Source of the DNA: Mobula hypostoma
Lineage: Eukaryota
Reading direction: 5' to 3'
Length of the DNA stretch: 64,000 bases
NCBI RefSeq assembly: GCF_963921235.1
Contig: NC_086097.1
Coordinates: 156,614,001 to 156,678,000 of the forward strand
The position numbers were made by a program, and so were the translations under genes. The notes under the pieces are model-generated. The model ran no database searches, was not told the DNA's origin, and worked only from the letters and a program-made list of their open reading frames with translations. Within the stretch, counting starts at the first letter, position 1; every line of letters begins with the position of its first letter. Below, one piece after another: positions 11,348-22,829 of this stretch.

Positions 11348-13638
11348 TCATAGTCATACTTTATTGATCCTGGGGGAAATTGGTTTTTGTTACAGTTGCA
11401 TCATAAATAATAAATAGAAACATAGAAACATAGAAAATAGGTGCAGGAGTAGGCCATTCGACCCTTCGAGCCTGCACTGCCATTTATTATGATCATGGCT
11501 GATCCTCCAACTCAGAACCCCGCCCCAGCCTTCCCTCCATACCCCCTGACCCCCGTAGCCACAAGGGCCATATCTAACTCCCTCTTAAATATAGCCAATG
11601 AACTGGCCTCAACTGTTTCCTGTGGCAGAGAATTCCACAGATTCACCACTCTCTGTGTGAAGAAGTTTTTCCTAATCTCGGTCCTAAAAGGCTTCCCCTC
11701 TATCCTCAAACTGTGGCCCCTCATTCTGGACTTCCCCAACATCGGGAACAATCTTCCTGCATCTAGCCTGTCCAATCCCTTTAGGATCTTATAAGTTTCA
11801 ATCACATCCCCCCTCAATCTTCTAAATTCCAATGAGTACAAGCCCAGTTCATCCAGTCTTTCTTCATATGAAAGACCTGCCATCCCAGGAATCAATCTGG
11901 TGAACCTTCTTTGTACTCCCTCTATGGCAAGGATGTCTTTCCTCAGATTAGGGGACCAAAACTGCACACAATACTCCAGGTGTGGTCTCACTAAGGCCTT
12001 GTACAACTGCAGTAGTACCTCCCTGCTCCTGTACTCGAATCCTCTCGCTATAAATGCCAGCATATCATTCGCCTTTTTCACCGCCTGCTGTACCTGCATG
12101 CCCACTTTCAATGACTGGTGTATAATGACACCCAGGTCTCGTTGCACCTCCCCTTTTCCTAATCGGCCACCATTCACATAATAATCTGTTTTCCTATTTT
12201 TGCCACCAAAGTGGATAACTTCACATTTATCCACATTAAATTGAATCTGCCATGAATTTGCCCACTCACCCAACCTATCCAAGTCACCCTGCATCCTCTT
12301 AGCATCCTCCTCACTGCTAACACTGCCACCCAGCTTCGTGTCATCCGCAAACTTGGAGATGCTGCATTTAATTCCCTCATCCAAGTCATTAATATATATT
12401 GTAAACAACTGGGGTCCCAGCACTGACCCTTGCGGTACCCCACTAGTCACCGCCTGCCATTCTGAAAAGGACCCGTTTATTCCCACTCTTTGCTTCCTGT
12501 CTGCTAACCAATTCTCCACCCACACCAATACCTTACCCCCAATACCGTGTGCTTTAAGTTCGCACACTAATCTCCTGTGTGAGACCTTGTCAAAAGTCTT
12601 TTGAAAATCCAAATATACCACATCCACTGGTTCTCCCCATCCACTCTACTAGTTACATCCTCAAAAAATTCTATGAGATTCGTCAGACATGATTTTCCTT
12701 TCACAAATCCATGCTGACTTTGTCCGATGATTTCACTGCTTTCCAAATGTGCTGTTATCACATCCTTGATAACTGACTCCAGCAGTTTCCCCACCACCGA
12801 CGTTAGGCTAACCGGTCTATAATTCCCCAGTTTCTCTCGCCCTCCTTTTTTAAAAAGTGGAGTTACGTTAGCCACCCTCCAATCCTCAGGAACTAGTCCA
12901 GAATCTAACGAGTTTTGAAAAATTATCACTAATGCATCCACTATTGCTTGGGCTACTTCCTTAAGCACTCTAGGATGCAGACCATCTGGCCCTGGGGATT
13001 TATCTGCCTTCAATCCCTTCAATTTACCTAACACCACTTCCCTACTAACATGTATTTCGCTCAGTTCCTCCATCTCACTGGATAGTAATAGAACCATAAA
13101 TAGTTAAATAGTAGTATGTAAATTATGCCAGTAAATTATGAAATAAGTCCAGGACCAGCCTATTGGCTCAGGGTGTCTGACCCTCCAAGGGAGAAGATGT
13201 AAAGTTTGATGGCCATAGGCAGGAATGACTTCCTATGACGCTCTGTGCTACATCTCGGTGGAATGAGTCTCTGGCTGAATGTACTCCTGTGCCCACCCAG
13301 TACATTATGTAGTGGATGGGAGACATTGACCAAGATGGCATGCAACTTGGACAGCATCCTCTTTTCAGACACCACCGTGAGAGAGTCCAGTTCTATCCCC
13401 ACAACATCGCTGGCCTTACGGATGAGTTTCTTGATTCTGTTGGTGTCTGCTACCCTCAGCCTGCTGCCCCAGCACACAACAGCAAACATGATAGCACTGG
13501 CCTCCACAGACTCGTAGAACATCCTCAGCATCGTCGGGCAGATGTTAAAGGACCTCAGTCTCCTCAGGAAATAGAGACAGCTCTGACCCTTCTTGTAGAC
13601 AGCCTCAGTGTTCTTTGACCAGTCCAGTTTATTGTCAA
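11348..13638 (-). mobile_element. Rex1/Babar-like LINE 3' fragment interrupted by CR1
   Basis: Minus ORF 13160-13531 (MFYESVEASAIMFAVVCWG..KLIRKAS..HPLH..RKSFLPMAIKLY); AATAAA and short tail at ~11348-11367. Confidence 0.8.
11418..13081 (-). mobile_element. Young 5'-truncated CR1 LINE with 1-bp deletion near 12638
   Basis: Overlapping ORFs 12567-13097 and 11512-12627 form the RT; (CATAGAAA)n tail on + strand; atag at both junctions (11414-17, 13082-85). Confidence 0.95.
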
Positions 13639-13984
13639 TAAGTTTGTCTTAATCTCTACTTTCAGTGTGCTTTCAACATTTTACCAATTAGTGGTTGTAT
13701 TCATTCCAAGAAAATGGTGTTTTTTTTTCCAAATTATCAATTCTTCTACTCCTTACTTTCTCTGAATGTATTGATTCTGTGCTACTGAGTCACATCCATA
13801 GATCCTATTGTATTTTGAAGCTTGATCGGGATCTTAGCCTAACCTCACCCTCATTATTTCAGGGAATGTTGAGGACACAAGTGTAAGACCAGTTATTTCA
13901 TAGTCTTATAAGTGTGATGGTTACTAACTCTGCTTGAGTTATGTATACTCCCATGAACTATGTTGACACCTGGTCCACACACAG

Positions 13985-14232
13985 CACAAACTTACCACCA
14001 AGTTTCCCTCTCACCAACCCACCATCCCCCCCCCCCCCCACCCCACTCTCCATGCTCTCTTCCGAAATTCCTTGTTCAATTGTCTGTCTCACTGATCTCC
14101 CTCTTGGCACTTATCCTTGCAAGCAGGACAAGTGCTACACCTGCACCTGCATTTCTTCCCTCACCATCATTCAGGGCCCCAAGCACTCCTTCCAAGAGAT
14201 GCAACATTTCATCTGTGAGCCTGTTGGGTTGC
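13985..14232 (+). mobile_element. Penelope-like fragment (linker region)
   Basis: TDLPLGTYPCKQDKCYTC..IQGPKHSFQ..HFICE. Confidence 0.75.
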
Positions 14233-14305
14233 TTACTATATCCAAATTTCCTAGTGCAGACCTTTCTAGAATTAGTGAGAAATAATGTAGATTGGGCCCT
14301 AATTA

Positions 14306-14945
14306 CACTGGACAATTTTTTTTTCAAAAGTGTTGCTTCCTCAAGAATACTTTTTGTTTATTATAGACCACTTGAAGCTGAACACAAATATAATCTCAGA
14401 CTACTTGTAGGAATTGCGAGAAGAGAGAAATTAACTTTTATTGAATATAATGCATTTAATAGCATAACGGTGCTGAAGCTTTGCAATAGTTCAACTAAGC
14501 TAAAAGAGTTCTGTTGATGATTTTCATTTGTACTGTGTCTGAGGCCTTTCGCTTAAGTGTCCAACAATAATCAGCCAGAATTAATAGATTCCAGTTGCCC
14601 TGATACCGTTTCTCCATGACCACAATATCCTGGTGAAACTTTGCAACATGCTCATCACTGACAACAGGGAAAAAGTATAAATGGGGATACAGAAAATGAA
14701 TCTTTAGTGAAATGTTGCACTTCATGGATTTGTATGCTTGACGCATGTTGTCAACCAACATGTACTTTGGTGCTTTGTAATTGCCAAAAAATTTCAACAT
14801 CCTGGAATACCTTCCATGTGATTTTCTCCAGTCCCACTCAAGGTTCTTTGAATTGCCTGTAATTGATAACCCTGCTTGATTTGTGGACCAACAAAAACAC
14901 CTTCCTTAATCTTGACATTAGTTATTCTAGGAAATATTTTCTCAA
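14306..14945 (-). mobile_element. Chapaev(3)-like DNA transposon 3' relic
   Basis: Minus ORF 14495-14800 SLKIHFL..HL.FFP..VSDEH..FHQDI.VMEKRYQG.W...LADYCWTL resembles this transposase C-terminus as I recall it; terminus begins CACTG at 14306. Confidence 0.65.
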
Positions 14946-14959
14946 GTATTGAAATCCTT

Positions 14960-15345
14960 CACAGAAGCAGTACTTCCAGGGTAGTAATTTCTGGATTGTT
15001 ACCTGTGCCATGTGCTAGTGAGGGTAGAAACAGGATGATTTGGCAGATAAGTATGTGGCTGAGAAGTTGGTACAAGGGGCAGGGCTTCAGGTTCTTGGAA
15101 CATTAGGATGTCTTCTAGGGGGTGGGGAGGGTGGTTGTCACAGTATGACCTGTACAAAATGAATGGGTTGCACCTGAACCTGAGGGGGACCAATATTCTT
15201 GAGGGCAGATTTGTTAGAGCTGTTGGGGGGGGGTGGTTTAAACTAATTTGGTAGCAGGGTGGGAACCAAAATAAAGGGTCTCAAGATAGATCGGATGGTT
15301 AGAAAAGCAAAGCTAGCATGCAGTCAGACTGTCAGGAAGGGCAAT
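14960..15345 (+). mobile_element. CR1 ORF1 3' end and ORF1/ORF2 junction relic
   Basis: VVISGLLPVP..RNRMIWQ..WLRSW..QGFRFLEH; TTTAAAC-TAA at 15237-15246. Confidence 0.8.
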
Positions 15346-15349
15346 CTTC

Positions 15350-15575
15350 TTTCTCACCCATCCCCCATATACCAATCTTCCACCTCACCTGGTTTCACCT
15401 ATCATCTGTCATCTTGTACTCTTCTTCCCCAGTTTTCCTCTCCAGTCCTGATGAAGGGTCTTATGACACATCAATCATTTATTCCTCTCTATAGATGCGG
15501 TCTGACCTGTTGTGCTCCTCCAGCTCTTTGTGTTTGAAGCTCAAGATTTCCAGCACCTGCAGAATCTCCTGTGTT
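15350..15575 (+). mobile_element. Penelope-like 3' tail relic
   Basis: cagtcctgatgaagggtc followed by the typical tail ending atttccagcacctgcagaatctc. Confidence 0.7.
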
Positions 15576-16162
15576 CAAATTTCAAATCTTCATCATTGTT
15601 CTGAACTCTCTATGCTCTTATGTCTCCCAACCTTTATGACTTCAAACAAGTTAGAAAACACTGAAAGCTCCATATTCTTCCTACTATTGGCCTCTTGCAT
15701 GGCCAATACCTTTTGTTTCATGATCTGTATCAGCGTCCTCACCCATCCAGATTCAAATATGTACAGTTCCCTTAATAAACCTCGAACTCTCCCCTTCTTT
15801 CTCCTCTTTTATCGCATCTCTTGACTGAGTTTTTGGTCATATGTGCTAACTAGGTTCTGTGTCCTGGTGTCAAATTTACTCAGATATCCACTCCATGAAA
15901 CAACTTGTTTTATTGTTATTATTATTAATTGAAAAGCACTAAGTAAATGGAAGTAATTTTCTTGTTTTCCAAATAGTATCTTCCCCTAACTGAACATCAT
16001 CAATAAAATCGATGGGCAGCAAGTTTATGTCATTGATATACATTGGAATTTGCTGTGCATAGAATTGGTCTCCACTTTTTGCCTGCATGTTAACAGAGCA
16101 GGCCATGTCCCATTTATCAACGCAACAAATCTGTAACCCATTGTGGCTTAATATGTCAATTA

Positions 16163-16372
16163 ACAGCATGGTAGCATAGTGATTAGCATAATGTTATTAC
16201 AGTGCCACTGTCTGGGTTCAGTTCTGCTGCTGTCTGTAAGGAGTTTGTACATTCTTCCTGTGACTGTGTGTGTTTCTTCCAGGGTGCTCTAGTTTCCTCC
16301 CACATGTAATAGGTGGCATGAGCCTATTGGGTCTAAAGGACATGTTACCAACTGCTTCTCTGAAGAGATAAA
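16163..16372 (+). mobile_element. tRNA-derived V-SINE-like element
   Basis: A-box-like tagcatagtgattag, B-box-like gggttcagttc, core ctgtaaggagtttgtacattct..gtttcctcccaca. Confidence 0.7.
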
Positions 16373-17286
16373 TAACAAACATTGTCAGGATCTGACAAAC
16401 AGTGGGAAGCAAATTTTAATATTTAAATACAGTAACTCTTTAGTTGTCCATCTTGTCAGGACTTCGGTACTATTGGACTTACAGATCTTCCAGACTGTAG
16501 ATGTAATTTCTAATAATGCTGCAGTGTACCACTTCTTCACGCTTTTTTCCCTGTGTTACACTGCGGAATAGTAAACTTTCTAAGATTAGGCACAGCCAGT
16601 TTCAGGAAATAGATGAGCTTAAATGGAGTGTGGGAACCGAGGCCCCGATTAATTTAAAGAGAGTGTGGGAAGTGGTGCCCCAGTATATTAAAGGTAGCAG
16701 AAGAACTAGCCCCCAGTGAGCTAGATGCCAAGCAATTAGGATTCCCAAGTATCAGACAGAGGATTACTGAACGAGAAAGTAACACTGCTTATTAAAAAGC
16801 CACACAAACTTTTTAGAACTTAGTATTTTTAATTCTTCAGAAAAATTTTAATTAATAAAATAATCATCTGACCCATTCACTGATCAGCGCCATGATAATT
16901 AATCAATAATGCTCTTGTTGAACCTGTTAATCAAATTACCATATCATGTGATATTATATGAGAATGTTTATTGTCTTACTGTCTCTCAAAATTTAGCAAT
17001 CTGTCAGGAATTATTATTGCATAATCCACAAAGTATCACAGTAGATAAACATAACCTAGCTATTAGCCAATATTTTAGCACTAGGCCTTACAGAAGAAAT
17101 TTAAGACAGAAGAAACAGGAGCTGCAGTATGTCAATGGACCTTTTGAACCTGCTTCATCATACAGTAAGAACATCGCAGATCTGATCTTGGCCTCAACAC
17201 CACATTATGTTACAGTTATAATATACTACAGAATTCATTTCAAAAACATGTACAGGGGATTCTGGTTAATTGGGCCATCAGTTAAT

Positions 17287-18558
17287 CATAAGACCATAAG
17301 ACATAGGAGCAGAATTTGGCCACTCAGTCCATCAAGTCTGTTCCACCATTCCATCATGGCTAATTTATTATCTCTTTCAACCCTATTCTCCTGCCTTCTT
17401 CCCGTAACATTTGATTCTGTGACTAACTTCTGCTTTAAATATACTCAATGAATTTGCCTCCACAGTCATCCGTGGCAATGAATGCCACAGATTCCTTCTT
17501 GGCTGTGTTCTGAATGGATGTCCCTCTATTCTGAGACTGTGTCCTCTTGTCCAAGACTCATCAACTTTGGAAACATCCTCTCCACATGTACCCTGACAAA
17601 GCCTTTCAATATTCAATAGGCTTCAGTGAAATCCCCCTCAGTCTTCTAATCTCCAGCAAGTACAGACCTTCATTAACCCTTTAATTCCCAGAATCATTCT
17701 CATCAGGCTTCTCTGGACGGTCTCCAATGAGAGCAGATCTTTTCTTAAATAACATGCCCAAAACTATTCACAATATTTCAAGTTCGGTCTGACTTATGCC
17801 TCATAAGGCTTCAGCTTGACATCCTTGTTCTTATATTCTAGTCCTCTTGAAATAAATGCTAAAATTGCAATTGCCTTCCTTACCACTGACTCCACCTGCA
17901 AGTTAACCACTAGGGAATCCTGCACAAGGACTCCCAAATACTTCTACACCTCTAATTTTTGAATTTAGAAAATAGTCTATGCCTTTATTACTTCTACCAA
18001 ACTGCATAACCATACACTTCCCCCATACTATTTTCCATCTGCCACTTCTTTGCATGTTCTCCCAATTTGTCGAAGTCCTTCCACAGATTCCCTGCTTCCT
18101 CAACCCTACCTGTCCCTCCAACTATCTTTGTGTTGTCTGAAAACTTGGCCACAAAGCCATCATTCTGCATTCCAAATCATTAACATATAATGAGAGAAGA
18201 AGTAGTCCCAATACCAATCCATGTGAAGCACCACTTGTCACCAGCAGCCAGGCAGAATAGGCACTCTTTTTTCCCACTCCTTGCCTCCTGCCAATCACCC
18301 ATTCTTGTATCAGTACTAGTATCTTTCCTGTAATACTACTGGCTCTTATCTTGTTAAACAGCCTCATGTGCGGCACATTGTCAATGACCTTCTGAAAATC
18401 CAAAAAAACAATTTTCACTGACTCTCCTTTGTCTATACCATCTGTTATTCCCCCAAATAATTCCCAGATTTGTCCAGCAATATTTCCCCTTAAGAAAATC
18501 ATGTTGACTTTGGCCTACTTTGTCATGTGTCTCCAACTACCTCTTTCAGAACACTGGT
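17287..18558 (-). mobile_element. Old CR1 (3' half), host of the full-length young CR1
   Basis: cataagaccataagac tail; decayed RT ORFs 17383-17616, 17903-18121, 18122-18502; continues at ~22830. Confidence 0.85.
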
Positions 18559-18656
18559 ATAGAAACATAGAAACATAGAAAATAGGTGCAGGAGTAGGCC
18601 ATTCGGCCCTTTGAGCCTGCACCGCCATTTATTATGATTATGGCTGATCATCCAAC

Positions 18657-21600
18657 TCAGAACCCAGCCTTCCCTCCATACCCCCTGACCCCTGTAGCCA
18701 CAAGGGCCATATCTAACTTCCTTTTAAACATAGCTAATGAACTGGCCTCAACAGTTTGCTGTGGCAGAGAATTCCACAGATTCACCACTCTCTGTGTGAA
18801 GAGGTTTTTCCTAATCTCGGTCCTAAAAGGCTTCCCCTCTATCCTCAAACTGTGACCCCTCGTTCTGGACCTCCCCAACATCGGGAACAATCTTCCCGCA
18901 TCTAGCCTGTCCAATCCCTTTAGGATCTTATACGTTTCAATCAGATCCCCCCTCAATCTTCTAAATTCCAACGAGTACAAGCCCAGTTCATCCAGTCTTT
19001 CTTCATATGAAAGACCTGCCATCCCAGGAATCAATCTGGTGAACCTTCTTTGTACTCCCTCTATGGCAAAGATGTCTTTCCTCAGATTAGGGGACCAAAA
19101 CTGCACACAATACTCCAGGTGTGGTCTCACCAAGGCCTTGTACAACTGCAGAAGTACCTCCCTGCTCCTGTACTCGAATCCTCTCGCTATAAATGCCAGC
19201 ATACCGTTCGCCTTTTTCACCGCCTGCTGTACCTGCATGCCCACTTTCAATGACTGGTGTATAATGACACCCAGGTCTCGTTGCACCTCCCCTTTTCCTA
19301 ATCGGCCACCATTCAGATAATAATCTGTTTTCCTATTTTTGCCACCAAAGTGGATAACTTCACATTTATCCACATTAAATTGCATCTGCCATGAGTTTGC
19401 CCACTCACCCAACCTATCCAAGTCACCCTGCATCCTCTTAGCATCCTCCTCACTGCTAACACTGCCACCCAGCTTCGTGTCATCCGCAAACTTGGAGATG
19501 CTGCATTTAATTCCCTCATCCAAGTCATTAATATATATTGTAAACAACTGGGGTCCCAGCACTGACCCTTGCGGTACCCCACTAGTCACCGCCTGCCATT
19601 CTGAAAAGGTCCCGTTTATTCCCACTCTTTGCTTCCTGTCTGCTAACCAATTCTCCACCCACACCAATACCTTACCCCCAATACCGTGTGCTTTAAGTTT
19701 GCACACTAATCTCCTGTGTGGGACCTTGTCAAAAGTCTTTTGAAAATCCAAATATACCACATCCACTGGTTCTCCCCTATCCACTCTACTAGTTACATCC
19801 TCAAAAAATTCTATGAGATTCGTCAGACATGATTTTCCTTTCACAAATCCATGCTGACTTTGTCCGATGATTTCACCGCTTTCCAAATGTGCTGTTATCA
19901 CATCCTTGATAACTGACTCCAGCAGTTTCCCCACCACCGACGTTAGGCTAACGGGCCTATAATTCCCCAGTTTCTCTCTCCCTCCTTTTTTAAAAAAGTG
20001 GGGTTACATTAGCCACCCTCCAATCCTCAGGAACTAGTCCAGAATCTAACGAGTTTTGAAAAATTATCACTAATGCATCCACTATTTCTTGGGCTACTTC
20101 CTTAAGCACTCTGGGATGCAGACCATCTGGCCCTGGGGATTTATCTGCCTTCAATCCCTTCAATTTACCTAACACCACTTCCCTACTAACATGTATTTCA
20201 CTCAGTTCCTCCATCTCACTGGACCCTCTGTCCCTTACTATTTCTGGAAGATTATTTATGTCCTCCTTAGTGAAGACAGAACCAAAATAATTATTCAATT
20301 GGTCTGCCATGTCCTTGCTCTCCATAATCAATTCAACTGTTTCTGTCTGCAGGGGACCTACATTTGTCTTTATCAGTCTTTTCCTTTTTACATATCTATA
20401 AAAGCTTTTACAGTCCGTTTTTATGTTCTCTGCCAGTTTTCTCTCATAATCTTTTTTCCCCTTCCTAATTAAGCCCTTTGTCCTCCTCTGCTGAACTCTG
20501 AATTTCTCCCAGTCCTCAGGTGAGCCACTTTCTCTGGCTAATTTGTATGCTACTTCTTTGGAATTGATACTATCCCTAATTTCTCTTGTCAGCCACGGGT
20601 GCACTACCTTCCTTGATTTATTCTTTTGCCAAACTGGGATGAACAATTGTTGTAGTTCATCCATACAACCTTTAAATGCCTGCCATTGCATATCCACCGT
20701 CAATCCTTTAAGTGTCATTTGCCAGTCTATCTTAGCTAATTCACGACTCATACCTTCAAAGTTACCCCTCTTTAAGTTCAGAACCTTTGTTTCTGAATTA
20801 ACTATGTCACTCTCCATGTTAATGAAGAATTCCACCATATTATGGTCACTCTTACCCAAGGGGCCTCTCACGACAAGATTGCTAATTAACCCTTCCTCAT
20901 TGCTCAAAACCCAGTCCAGAATAGCCTGCTCTCTAGTCGGTTCCTCGACATGTTGGTTCAAAAAACCATCCCGCATACATTCCAAGAAATCCTCTTCCTC
21001 AGCACCTTTACCAATTTGGTTCACCCAATCTACATGTAGATTGAAGTCACCCATTATAACTGCTGTTCCTTTATTGCACACATTTCTAATTTCCTGTTTA
21101 ATACCATCTCCGACTTCACTACTACTGTTAGGTGGCCTGTACACAACTCCCACCAGCGTCTTCTGCCCCTTAGTGTTACGCAGCTCTACCCATATCGATT
21201 CCACATCTTCCCGGCTTATGTCCTTCCTTTCTATTGCGTTAATCTCTTTTTTAACCAGCAACGCCACCCCGCCTCCCCTTCCTTCATGTCTATCCCTCCT
21301 GAATATTGAATATCCCTGAACGTTGAGCTCCCATCCCTGGTCACCCTGGAGCCATGTCTCTGTGATCCCAACTATATCATAATCATTAATAACAATCTGC
21401 ACTTTCAATTCATCCACCTTATTACGAATGCTCCTTGCATTGACACATAAAGCCTTCAGGCGCTCTTTTACAACTCTCTTAGCCCTTTTTAATGCTTGCC
21501 CTGGATTTGTCGGCCTGCCACTTTTACTTTTCCCCTTTGTACTTTTTGCTTCTACGCTCACTTTACACCCCTCTGTCTCTCTGCACTGGTTCCCATCCCT

Positions 21601-21672
21601 CTGTTGTGAACTAACCTCCTCACACCTAGCCTCTTTAATTTGATTCCCACCCCCCAACCATTCTAGTTTAAA
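18657..21672 (-). CDS. CR1 ORF2: APE endonuclease + reverse transcriptase, split by one extra base at ~19992-19997
   Basis: ORFs 19990-21657 (NARS, ITETWL, GGGVA, YRPP, MGDFN, SDH) and 18657-19937 (RT); A6 run here versus A5 in the 12852 copy. Confidence 0.9.
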
Positions 21673-22598
21673 GTCACCTCAGTAGCCCCCGCTAATCTCC
21701 CTGCCAGGATATTGGTCCCCCTAGGATTTAAGTGTAACCCGTCCTTTTTGTACAGGTCACGCCTGCACCAATAGAGGTCCCAATGATCCAAAAACTTGAA
21801 TCCCTGCCCCCTGCTCCAATCCCTCAGCCACGCATTTATCCTCCACCTCATCGCATTCCTACTCTCACTGTCGCGTGGCACAGGCAGTAATCCTGAGATT
21901 ACTACCTTTGCGGTCCTTTTTCTCAACTCCCTTCCTAGCTCCCTATATTCTTCTTTCAGGACCTCATCCCTTTTCCTACCTATGTCATTGGTACCTATAT
22001 GTACCAGGACCTCTGGCTCTTCACCCTCCCACTTCAGGATATCTTGGACACGATCAGAAATATCCCGGACCCTGGCACCAGGGAGGCAAACTACCATCCG
22101 AGTCTCTGGACTGCGTCCACAGAATCGCCTATCTGACCCCCTTACTATCGAGTCCCCTATCACAACTGCCCTCCTCTTCCTTGCCCTACCCTTCTGAGCT
22201 ACAGGGCCAGACTCTGTGCCGGAGGCAGGGCCACTGTCGCTTCCCCCGGGTAAGCTGTCCCCTCCAACAGTACTCAAACAGGAGTACCTGTTGTTAAGGG
22301 GCACAGCCACCAGGGTACTCCCCATCACCTGCCTTTTCCCCTTCCCCCTCCTAACCGTGACCCACTTGTCTGCCTCCCGTGGCCCCGGCGTGACCACCTG
22401 CCTTCCACTCCTCTCTATCACCTCCTCGCTCTCCCTGACCAGACGAAGGTCATCGAGCTGCAGCTCCAGTTCCGTAACACGGTCCCTTAGGAGCTGCATC
22501 TCGATGCACTTGGCGCAGATGTAGACGTCCGGGAGGCTTGGAGACTCCTGGGCCTCCCACATCCGACACCGAGAACAGCAAACTGCCCTCACAGTCAT
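21663..22598 (-). CDS. CR1 ORF1p: zinc finger, leucine zipper, SGNH esterase
   Basis: CxxC..CxxC, LRDRVTELELQLDDL, GDSIVRG, HIGTND, DGLHLN; first ATG at 22598. Confidence 0.92.
   Translation of the reverse strand: MTVRAVCCSRCRMWEAQESPSLPDVYICAKCIEMQLLRDRVTELELQLDDLRLVRESEEVIERSGRQVVTPGPREADKWVTVRRGKGKRQVMGSTLVAVPLNNRYSCLSTVGGDSLPGGSDSGPASGTESGPVAQKGRARKRRAVVIGDSIVRGSDRRFCGRSPETRMVVCLPGARVRDISDRVQDILKWEGEEPEVLVHIGTNDIGRKRDEVLKEEYRELGRELRKRTAKVVISGLLPVPRDSESRNAMRWRINAWLRDWSRGQGFKFLDHWDLYWCRRDLYKKDGLHLNPRGTNILAGRLAGATEVTLN
21666..21672 (-). other. Candidate -1 ribosomal frameshift heptamer T_TTA_AAC
   Basis: ORF1 ends ACT TTA AAC TAG; -1 frame TTT AAA CTA GAA TGG TTG is ORF2. Confidence 0.65.
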
Positions 22599-22599
22599 A

Positions 22600-22829
22600 A
22601 TGCCCCTCTCCTCAAATAGCAACAGAAAATGAATGTCAAACCTTCCTCGCCTCGCCCGCTTCCGCCTAAGCCCGTTGAGCCAAAGCCCTTAAGTCTTCAC
22701 TCTGCTCCCGGCTCACTCCGCAGCCCGCAAACTACGCTGCCCGCTCTATGAGGCTCTGTTCCTTTTAAATCTGCCGCGCTGCACTGCCCGACGTCACATG
22801 CCTGCGCAGTCCCGCCTCTCAGAAAGCCG
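22600..22829 (-). promoter_or_regulatory. CR1 5' UTR / candidate internal promoter
   Basis: CpG-rich; GC-box-like GGCGGG, CRE-like TGACGT, TATA-like ATTTAAAAGG on the minus strand. Confidence 0.4.

Larger units (their letters stand above)
18560..22829 (-). mobile_element. Full-length young CR1 LINE (~4.3 kb)
   Basis: GC/CpG-rich 5' UTR, ORF1, ORF2 (APE+RT), 3' UTR and (TTTCTATG)n tail. Confidence 0.95.

Noticed and set aside
16163..16240. tRNA gene
   Set aside because: Degenerate tRNA-like head continuous with SINE body; no cloverleaf
16909..17451. 180-aa ORF
   Set aside because: Crosses unique sequence and several unrelated repeat fragments; no recognisable domain
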